Source of the DNA: Macrostomum lignano
Lineage: Eukaryota
Length of the DNA: 64,000 bases
Assembly: GCA_002269645.1 (NCBI GenBank)
Contig: NIVC01002129.1
Location: 62,001 to 126,000, forward strand
Direction of reading: 5' to 3'
The notes beneath the pieces were generated by a model, which was not told the DNA's origin, did no database searches, and saw only the letters and a list, made by a program, of their open reading frames with translations. Shown here piece after piece: positions 51,530 to 60,800 of the stretch. Both the position numbers and the translations under genes were made by a program. Within the stretch, counting starts at the first letter, position 1. Each line of letters opens with the position of its first letter.

Positions 51530-51877
51530 AACTTTAAAAATAACATTTATCGGTTTCAATTTTCTTCTCAAGGGTTATGGGGAGTTTGAAAATGTTCAAC
51601 TTCAGCATGACGAAAAATTTGTCATTCCTTATGTGCTGTCTCGAAACCAATGCCAATTTATCAACATGTGCAAGATATACTCTGAATGAATGCGAATATG
51701 GGGGCATTTAAAATCGGTGTGTTTTAATATTTCTGCTTTATATTACATCGTAAGCTTTATCAATTTCTTTAATTAGTCGAGACTTTCGAGTGGGGTTTTT
51801 AATTTGAGAGAAATTTATAATAGAATCATAGTACTTTTGTAGCAGAACATTTCGTACATTTGGGTTATTAGCTTCCA
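51530..51877 (-). pseudogene. small decayed ORF upstream of the primase, unknown function
   Basis: MEANNPNVRNVLLQKYYDSIINFSQIKNPTRKSRLIKEIDKAYDV, then a frameshifted continuation. Confidence 0.3.
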
Positions 51878-52277
51878 TTTTTTCTAAGAAAATTTAGCAG
51901 TTACAATCTAATTTTGGAAGTGAGCCCACGGCTGAGGCGGCTTGGCAAATGAGGGGTAAATTGTCTTTTATTAGATTGCCCTACAGACCCTAAGCGGTAA
52001 GAGAGAGAGACTAGACCCCCTCCATTATATTTCTGTCATTCTTCTCTCAACTCTTTAAGCTCGTGTGGGTTGGTTGTGTGAGTCATTTCGTTGCTCTTTT
52101 GCATAGAAAAATAATGACGCGTGGACACAGAAAGAATATCATACACAAAAGGTGCATTTGATGTTAAAAGTAACTATTTAGACAAACACTTTTAATATTG
52201 ACACATTTTTATTACCAAGACACACTACTACGGCAGAATTTCTAATGTGTAATGTGTAAGTATAATGTAAGCATAGT

Positions 52278-52691
52278 CTAAAGTAGAATGCGTAAAGCAC
52301 ACTCACGATTCAAAGTGATAATGTAACTAACATTTAAGGGGGCGTAGCGCAAAATCGGTCTGTCACTCAAGTCTTGTAAAACTTCCCACTGTTTCCTCAC
52401 AACTCGAGGCTTTTCATCGCAGTCGAAGTAGCAGGTTGGTTTGTAGAGAAGCATCGTTTCGAAATTCACATCGCTTTTTGCCTCATCCTCAATCGTTTTT
52501 TTAAACCGCAGTAGAGTAGCAAAGGAGTAGCCTGTGTATACGATGGCGGGGAATGTAGAGGCAAACTTGAAAAAGTTGTGCAGACGTCTGACGTAGCTGA
52601 AGTCGATTCCAAGCTTTTCACCAACAGCTTCATCGCTTTTTAACTCAGCTAGCATCTTATCAACAATCCGCCCGCGCTTGAATTCAAGCAT
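52278..52691 (-). CDS. hypothetical protein (137 aa) of the virus-like element
   Basis: non-repetitive ORF; its ATG directly follows the TAA of the upstream frame (TAAATG at 52694-52689). Confidence 0.45.
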   Translation of the reverse strand: MLEFKRGRIVDKMLAELKSDEAVGEKLGIDFSYVRRLHNFFKFASTFPAIVYTGYSFATLLRFKKTIEDEAKSDVNFETMLLYKPTCYFDCDEKPRVVRKQWEVLQDLSDRPILRYAPLNVSYIITLNRECALRILL

Positions 52692-53068
52692 TTATTTTAG
52701 CACGTCCAGCGACTCCACAATACCTCCAAGGAGATCGAAATGCTCGACGAGATCTTTGTCAGCCATATTATCAATCTTGATGCCTAGCACATCGCGACAA
52801 TCCTTGAAGTCAGTCTTGACTATGCATCTCCTTCGCATAATCACCTCCAGGTTCATATCAATTTTAGCAAGTAGCTAGCCGATTCCGATGTCGATTTGCC
52901 ACTGGAGGGCTTCTTTTCTTTTGGTGTAGTCTTCAGTTTTTTCAAAATTGTAAGTAGACTTTCCTTTTCATGTTTCAATAGGCCGTTAAGAGAAATAGCG
53001 AGAGAAGGTTGATCAGAAGAACTCACTTCTTGGATTTTCGAGACAATTTTGCTTTCGATCTTGTCCAT
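52692..53068 (-). pseudogene. hypothetical protein, frameshifted
   Basis: MDKIESKIVSKIQEV...KKPSSGKSTSES, then shifted LLAKIDMNLEVIMRRRCIVKTDFKDCRDVLG...LDVLK*. Confidence 0.4.
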
Positions 53069-54220
53069 GATGATGTAGTTGATGTAGACGGTGCAAAAAG
53101 TAAGGCAAATGTGTAACAGAGTGGAGAAAATTCTTTTCGGTGGTAGATATTTAGAAGACTCATGCTGCGTTTTATATTCATATATACGCCTACATCTTCT
53201 CAACAGGTTTCAGCGTGTTGGGCGTGTGTAGCTAACTTGTGTGCTATATTTAGTATCGTTGGATATTGTCCTCTCTTGTAATTTTTTTCTTTAGACTCGT
53301 TGGGGTCTAGATTTGTATGAAACTACATACAACTTCATTCATAAGACGAATTGACAATACCATATATGGACTTGATAATATTTATGAATGAAAAAGTTGC
53401 CAGTGGAGAGGATGGGTGCTAGTTTTATTATAACTGACTGAATATCTAAAGCATTTCATATAAATAATGGTTTACTGAAGGCAATTTCATATATATAAAA
53501 TTTACTATCATTAAATTGGATGACACTTTCATATTGTATATACCTAAAATTGCATTGAATTGACCCGTGAATCCAACTTTTCTCATGGTTTTAGAGCTGG
53601 AATCGTGAAAATTGCACTTTTTTTAATTTTTGAAAATCACAAAAAAGTCGCTGTTTTCAGACCATTTTCACCTGTTTTTAGTCATTTTTCACCTGTTTTT
53701 AGTCATTTTCAAAATGAGTGACGGCATGAGGGCGAGGGCACCCTCCTTTTTAAAAAGTATAAAAATTCTGAAAAATCTGTTCTGTGAAATATTTTACATG
53801 CCAATGCCCCCACATGCCCTCACTGAGTCATCCAGCGAGCTGGCGCGCAATGCACCCGAGCAATAAGTGTGGCGCAGCCCCTTATCATACTACTTCTGAC
53901 CCTGGCTAATAACAAGTTCTATTACAAATGAAAGGGTGCGATAGCAGAGGTGATTTCCCTTCCCGCAAGCACACAAAGTGTGGATACTTATAATTACTTT
54001 TTCGAGAATGTTTTTTTTCTAAGCGAAAACACTTTGAGAAACCTAATCCAAGTAGACCAGACAATAAACTGTTCCCTTCTAAACTATCCTATGATCTCAC
54101 TGTGATGAGAGTTGTCTTGCAAGTTCATAAAGATGCTGAGATTGAGTTTAAAAATGACACATGGTGCAGAGAGTTGGGCTTTGAAGCAAAAGTTTACAAA
54201 GAAGGTTTGTACTTAGCTTC

Positions 54221-55127
54221 TGAAGTACTACTCCTTCTCGGGTTCTTGAAGATCTTCCTAGAAATAGAACCCGCTGCTCCTGAAGAAGCTAGATAGCACC
54301 GTTGTACTACCTATCGATTTGACTGAAAATGAACCTAAAACGTAAGCCTTGACTTGGTAGGGTTGCTGCCACCTTGGTGTGCGGACTCGACGCGTCGGCA
54401 GAGTTGTCTATCCGTCACCTGAAATAAAATAACGAAAACGCTCGGAGCAAAGGCAAATCTGAAAATGTCTCGACAGTCGATCGTCTTAGTAGAATGCTGC
54501 TCGAACCTGAAAACCTGAAAAACCTGAAATGAGAGAGGAGAGCTCGGAGAAGGCTTCACGAGTCAGCCACGATGCTCCGCGAGACGACGCAGTCTGGAGA
54601 AAAATGGCTCGCAGATGCTCCGTATTTATAGCCGAGCGGACCCCCAAAAGTCACGTGAGTTTCATGCGGTGAGCGCGTGAAACTTCCTTATTTGGGCATT
54701 AAAATCATGCGAGCGACGCGTGATCCAAGGCCAACTTCCAAATAAGGCAACCCTGTCACGCAGCAGTGGCGTGACTCAAGGTCAGTGGCCATGCACAGAG
54801 TGCGTGCACAGTCACGTGCTTAGTCTGTGCTAAAAATAGAATCGTGGGCGAATGAGTCATCCTGTTTACTCCCTCTAGGCAGCCCTTACACTCCGCGCAG
54901 GTGATGAGTCATCCTGCTACGCCTCCTCGGCGCGGGAGGGGAAAACATTGAGTGTGGCTGCCGCGCCCTCTCAGGCGATGAGTCATCGGGCAGTAAACAC
55001 TCAGGCCCAGCACAGGGTATCTCTCTCACTAGATCAGGTGGACTGAGCAACTGTGCAGCGGACCACAGCACTCTTAGGGAAAGCTAGTGAATGCTGCTGA
55101 ATAACCAGTTAGCAGCCAGTCACTACA
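54221..55127 (-). mobile_element. solo LTR2 (907 bp)
   Basis: TGAAG...CTACA ends on +; perfect 4-bp TSD CTTC (54217-54220, 55128-55131); minus-strand TATAAATA at 54623-54630. Confidence 0.9.
54686..54985. promoter_or_regulatory. LTR enhancer: two CArG boxes and four AP-1 sites
   Basis: CCTTATTTGG 54686-54695, CCAAATAAGG 54738-54747; TGACTCA/TGAGTCA at 54772, 54853, 54905, 54979. Confidence 0.7.
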
Positions 55128-55579
55128 CTTCAAATATTGCCGACATTGTAAAAGGTTTAAATATTTTAATTCGTAGCAATTTGAGTCTTGATTGGGTCTT
55201 CAAAGGTAAACGTACAAATGTACTTTTTAATATATCAAACTCTGTTTCTGGCGATCAGATGTTGGTAGAGAAACCCAATCCAGTGAAGAGAGTTGTTTTG
55301 AGCAATAAAGAAATTAATGAGATTGCTCTGAAGTTTGAAACAGAGTATGGAGATAGAGTCGATTTTAATGGTGAAGAGTTTGCGTTAACAATTGTGATTA
55401 AGAGAATGTGATGTTAAAAAAATACTAGCTACATGTACCAAATAAATAAGTCAATTAAAAATTTTTTGTTCAAAAGTCACTAGAAGCAGTGTTTAAATTT
55501 AATTAGATTAAATTATATTTCATGTTAGTTTTATTTATTAGGAATTAGAACAATATTTAGGTGTGCATTTAGTAGGTGT

Positions 55580-56195
55580 TGAAGAGTTTAAGAGTGGTGA
55601 TCAGTCACTCAGAAACTCCCACTTCTAGACACTGGGGAACAAGTGCCTAGGTATTTACTAGTTCAAATAACTTACTGCAGCGGATCCTTTAGTGGCTTGT
55701 AGGCTTCTTGGTTTGGCTTAGGTGACTCAGTACCTCCGGGAGTCCTTGACTTTTATCAATTGGACAGGTATGGTCCCTCAGAGATTGGTCTTCTTATTTC
55801 TTCAGTGTCTTCTTAGAGACCGCTCCGAGTCTGAATTTTTTACTTGAATTTTCACTTATATTTATAGCAAAATTTTGGAGAAAAACCGGTTTGGGATTGG
55901 GTATTTACTTAGGTCAAAAATGTTTGATTAAGCGGTCATGCATGTTTGAGCATTACCAGATATGGAATTAAGCAAATAAAACTCACGAGAACCGGTTTTT
56001 TGATCAAATAAACGTCGGTCCTACGTAGGGCTCTGAGTCACTTCTGTTTGCATGTGACTCATTCTAAAAATAGAATTTCTAAAAATAGATATGACTCATC
56101 ATGACTCATTCTAAAAATAGATTGCGAGTTTAAATTGATTTAGTTAGAATATTACTTTAAGTAGTGCGTTTTGTTATAACTTACTGTTCTCTACA
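55580..56195 (-). repeat. 3' LTR (616 bp)
   Basis: minus strand TGTAG...CTTCA; TATAAATA 55859-55866; AP-1 motifs at 56034, 56055, 56092, 56102. Confidence 0.85.
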
Positions 56196-56207
56196 ATATC
56201 TCCCATG
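56196..56207 (-). other. polypurine-tract-like sequence abutting the 3' LTR
   Basis: minus strand CATGGGAGATAT|TGTAG; short and imperfect. Confidence 0.45.
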
Positions 56208-56448
56208 GTTACAAAAAATTCGTCCCGAATTTAAAGTTGGAATAATAAAATTATGGTTTTATTGACAGAAATGAGCATGAATTCACAGTAATGATGTGGA
56301 ATAAATATGTAAGTATTTATAGAGCAAGAGCGGATTGTACATATCATAATTGCGACATTAGCTGGAAAAAAACCCATTACCAAATTAATTTAGTACGCTG
56401 CGTTCGCGTCGAGTTAAGCGTGTTAGAGTAAGGGTTATAAATTATTTG

Positions 56449-57045
56449 TTACTCGAAGGCATGCCTTAGCATGGCCTTTAGCCGCATTACTAAGGTGACC
56501 ATTGGCCAGTATAGGAACTGAAGTGGTGTGTAGCCTGTATCTTCTGTCCTGTCGATGATGGTGAGATAGGCTGTCACGTCGGTGGTGATTGTAGTGTCCA
56601 CCGTGATGTTGCGGCCCATTTCTAGCAGTCTGTCACGGAAGACGACTTGGCGTAAGGTCACGGGCCATGTCCGGATGGCCCACGTCAGGTCAGCTGTGGA
56701 CATTGTGGCTATTTGTTCCGTGTGGAGCTGGGTTTCCGGAACGATTGGTATTCTACGCGTGTAGTCTAGCGTGGTGGTTGTCATTGCCCAACCGCACTCT
56801 AGGCAGTGCCGAATGTCGTGGCGTGCGATTGTTTCGGCACAAGAAACGCAACTCCAATGGCCCTGGGTGCACAATTGGAGTTGGGGGAGGTCGCCGCAAA
56901 CGATACACCACACCCTGTCTTGTCGACAGAGTGGACATCGTGTAATTTCCTCTCTTTCGCCACAGTCGTTGCAGGCCAGATGGCCCCATGCGCACGTAGG
57001 CACAATATACGGCTTGGTGTCGAGGCATATCGGGCAGTCTTCCAT
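56449..57045 (-). CDS. accessory ORF B: tandem C3HC4 RING-RING protein with a helical C-terminal domain (198 aa from the MEDCPIC start)
   Basis: CPICLDTKPYIVPTCAWGHLACNDC..CPLC (C-x2-C-x10-C-x3-H-x2-C-x2-C-x8-C-x2-C) and CIVC..CTQGHWSCVSC..CLEC (spacing 8/3/2/2/11). Confidence 0.88.
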   Translation of the reverse strand: MEDCPICLDTKPYIVPTCAWGHLACNDCGEREEITRCPLCRQDRVWCIVCGDLPQLQLCTQGHWSCVSCAETIARHDIRHCLECGWAMTTTTLDYTRRIPIVPETQLHTEQIATMSTADLTWAIRTWPVTLRQVVFRDRLLEMGRNITVDTTITTDVTAYLTIIDRTEDTGYTPLQFLYWPMVTLVMRLKAMLRHAFE

Positions 57046-57061
57046 ATCTGTGGGCAAGATA

Positions 57062-57719
57062 TTAATTACTTTCTGATTCGGAACTAATATACTGATACGA
57101 TTCTTGGGGTGGTAATATGTAAGATAAGTCGTCATTACGCAGAATGAGTGCAGGTAGAGTTGTACAGAGGATGGGGCATGGGTGAAAATTCATATCATTA
57201 ACAATTTTAAACAGCTTATGTTCAATTTCTTGTGGAGATAATTGCCGGAGTCTAGAACCGTAGGAAGAGGAATAGCGAACGAGGTATTTACGTGTTTTAT
57301 GAGCAACACGTGGTATGGGCCATGATCTGAGGCGGATAATTATAGCATGTGATGGAAAAAGAGCATAAGTGAATGGGTGAAGCTGTAGGTTATACGAGCT
57401 AGTCTGCTTGAATGCATGCAAGTTTGTTGTTAACTTTAGGTAAAGGGGTGGTATCGCATATAGGACACTGACAAATGGAGCGATAAGCAAGCTTCTTAAT
57501 ACATTGTGTGCACATAAAATGTTGATTTAAGCAATATTGTTCAGTGCGCCAGGAGTTGCATATCATGCATTGACGGAGATTACCTCGACACATAGGGCAA
57601 TTTTTTAAAGGTTTTTTGTAATGTGCAAGGCTTAAGCAAGAACCACACACCTGGTGTCTATTGACACATATACAAGGTAGTTTACATGAAAATTCTCCGA
57701 GACAGATAGGACAATCCAT
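57062..57719 (-). CDS. accessory ORF A: paralogous RING-RING protein whose C-terminal domain is in the +1 frame (frameshift near 57440)
   Basis: CPIC..CVNRHQVCGSC..CPMCRGNL and CMIC..CLNQHFMCTQC..CPIC (spacing 8/3/2/2/11, as in ORF B); the shifted frame gives NLQLHP...IRLRSWPI, aligning with ORF B ETQLHT...WAIRTWPV. Confidence 0.82.
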
Positions 57720-57861
57720 TGTCGTGTTTGTCGAAGTTGTGTGAGTGTTTGTAGGAAAACAAGGATTTAGTCGCCTCTTACGACAAGCTTGAGGAAGCTG
57801 TAGTGCTATTATTTATCCCGGTCACTACACGGGGACATGAATAGAATAATTTAACGAGGTC

Positions 57862-60800
57862 TTAGGTTGTACGTATGACCGACAGGTGGTGCGTTTGTTG
57901 TTTATGTTTCGGCGTGTGCAGTGGCAATTTGTTTATTTGTTGTTTTGTGTGGTCTGGATTTTGTAGGTCTGGGAGGAATGTAGTGTCGTTAGTGATACGT
58001 TTTAGACGTTGAATGTGAACATAGAACTGAGGTTGATGTGGATCCTGGATATTAGCGAGGCGTGCCGTTGTTGCCGATACCAATGCCGTTACTCGGAATG
58101 GTCCTTTGTATTTAAGTGCGTGTTTATGCGTATGTTGCGCAGGGTAATGTAGGTAAACGATGTCTCTGACTTGTAGAGTAGATGTATGATTGCTGGTGGT
58201 GACTACTGCCTGTTGATTTTCTAAATTGTGTTTCGCGATTTGCCATGCCAGGTGTAGCTGCGAAGTAAACTTTTGTAGTGTTGTTGGCGTTTCCACGTAC
58301 TGAGAAGGTAACAGTTTTTGGACTAGTAGGCTTGGTGGCTGAAAGTCTCGAGAGAACATAAGGAAAAACGGTGTGTTCTCTGTTGAACGGTGTACTGCAC
58401 TGTTGTAGGCCATTGTCACTGACTGCAGGTATATGATCCAATCTTCAGGTTGCTTATAGACGAAGTGTGTCAACATTTCGTGTAGATTTCTATGGAATCG
58501 TTCTACTAGGTTAGCTTTTGGATTGTAGGTGGAGGTGAAAATTTGTTGGATATTTAGTAGTTTAGCAGCCTGTTGGAATAGTTGCGACGTAAATTGTGTA
58601 CCATTGTCGGAGGTTAGTGTCTTTGGAGTTCCGTATTTGCAGATAATTTCATTGTAGAAGGCCATTGCAACTGTAGTGGCTGTAATGTCAGGCAGTGGAA
58701 TGGCAACAGCAAATTTAGAGAACACGTCTAATGCGGTAAGAATGTAAGTGTAATCGATAGCATGTTGTCGAGCTGGCGGTAGTGGTCCAGTAATATCAAG
58801 TGATACAATGTCCCATGTGGTTGTCTTTGGTACGGATTGAAGTTCTGGTTTTTGTCTTCTTCCAGTCTTTGTTGAAGCACATGAGTGGCATTGTAGGCAG
58901 TAATTGCGGATGTCTGCATTCATTGTTGGCCAGAAATAGAACTGGGCTATTCTGTGGATTGTTTTCTTGGCAGATAAATGTCCGGCTAGGAGTGTGTCGT
59001 GTAGTTCATGTAGGATTGCAGCGCGATAGTTGTATGGTAGGTACAATCTTGGGGTATTATTGTGCAGCCAGTAAAGTGCTAGTTCTCTGAAGATGAGATT
59101 ATTGCCTTGTTTCCGTAAAAATTTCTTTTCGATCTTGGTGAGCGGTTTTTGCATTTCTTCTGTGTCTTCGTATACAGCTTTGTAGAAATTATCTTCTTGC
59201 TGCGCTTTCAATAGATCCATCATGGTTGGAATGGGGTGGACAGCATTGACTTCATATGCTCTTGATAGCGCATCCGCGGCCTTGTTTGTAGGTCCTGGTT
59301 TATAGATGAGATGAAAGTTATAGTCCTGAATTTTGAGGACCATCCGGATAAGTCTGTTATTCGTTTGTCCTTTTGTTTTGACAACATGAGTCAGCGGTGC
59401 GTGGTCTGTGCGGATGATGGTTGGTAGCGGTGATCCGTAGATGTAGTAATGAAACTGTCGAAGAGCGAATAAAATCGCTAGTAATTCACGTTCGGTGGCA
59501 GACCATTTTGTTTCATTTGGACGCAGGGCTCGGCTGATAAAGGCAATTGGTTTTTCCTTTTTTTGATATGTTTCTTGTAGTAGTACAGCTCCTAAACCAC
59601 TTCCTGATGCATCAGTTTCGATAATAAACGGCTTTTGGAAGTCTGGGTGTTTGAGCAGAGCGTCGCTGGTTAGTTGCTGTTTAATTTTATCAAAACTGTT
59701 TTGCTGTTCCGTTTTCCAATTTTCTTCCTTCCATTTCGGTAACTTCAACAACTCATATAATGGCTTTGCAGTTTGCGCGAAGTTAGGTAGGAATTTTCGG
59801 AAGTACTGTGCTAATCCAAGGAATGATTGTAGTTTTGTAAGTTTTGTAGGCTTGGGGAACTTCTTGACCTTTTCGACATTATTAGGGTCGGGTGAAATTC
59901 CTCTTGCTGAAACATGATGTCCCAGATATCGGACTGATTCTCTGCAGAATTTACATTTTGTAGGTTGTAGTTTTAGTCCTTGTTTCTGAAGTAGAAAGAG
60001 AGCTTGTTCCATGACACTCAGTAGTTGTTCGAAATTATCGCCGAAGGCGAGAATATCGTCCACATAATGCAATAGATTCGTACATCCCGCTAGCATGTAG
60101 GCTGTTAAGCGGCTCATGGTCGCTGGGGAGTTGGAAATTCCCATTGGGCTTCTCTGGTACGCAAAGACTTCTCCCTTGTAGGTCTTGAATGCTGTATATT
60201 GTTTCGATTCTTCTTCAAGTTCAATTTGCCAAAAGCCATGTCGTAGATCAAATACGGTGAAGAGAGTAGCTGTATTCAGTCGTGCCAATAGTTCCGAAAT
60301 CTTTGGTAGACTTTGTTGATCTGTGGGGATGTATTTATTTAGGACTCGAAAGTCACAGACAAGTCGTCTTTCATTTGTTTCTTTTTTTTCAACTAGTAGA
60401 CACGGTGATGAATATGCTGAGACTGTTCGTTTGATGATTCCGGCCTTGAGCATTTTTTCGATGATTTCATCAAAATGTTGTTGCAGATGTTTTGCTACCG
60501 GGTATGGTTTGCATTGGATGGGTTCCTGGTGGGGTAGCAGTTCGATTTTCTGCTTGATGTCGCGAGAGCGACCAATGTCGTAATCATGATGACAAAAGAC
60601 GTCATTGTACTTCCAAAGTAGATCTCTGACCTGTGTTTTTTGTCCTTCCGTAATGGGACTTTGCGAGAGATCAATTTGTTGTAAGAATTGTTGCTTTGAC
60701 ATCCTTGTTGGTTTTGTATGTTGAATCAGCATGACGGAGGCTTGTGTGTTGAGGTGTCCCATGCATGTTCCTGCGTAGATCTTAACGGGATGTTGGTGAG

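Larger units (their letters stand above)
53890..55411 (+). pseudogene. minor capsid (penton-like) protein of a Polinton/adintovirus-like element, split by solo LTR2
   Basis: NNKFYY, EVISLPAS, LTVMRVVLQV, RELGFEAKVYKEGLYLAS|NIADIVKGLNILIRSNL, and C-terminal NEIALKFETEYGDRVDFNGEEFALTIVIKR; frame restored on LTR removal. Confidence 0.7.

Noticed and set aside
53588-53603. GTTTTAGAGCTGGAA resembling a Cas9 repeat/sgRNA scaffold start
   Set aside because: Single short match with no array or tracr continuation; chance occurrence.
56449-57719. Retroelement RING genes captured from the neighbouring host RING gene
   Set aside because: The host gene is RING-H2 (C3H2C3) with PA/TM; the element ORFs are C3HC4 with C-x3-H spacing and share no flanking similarity.
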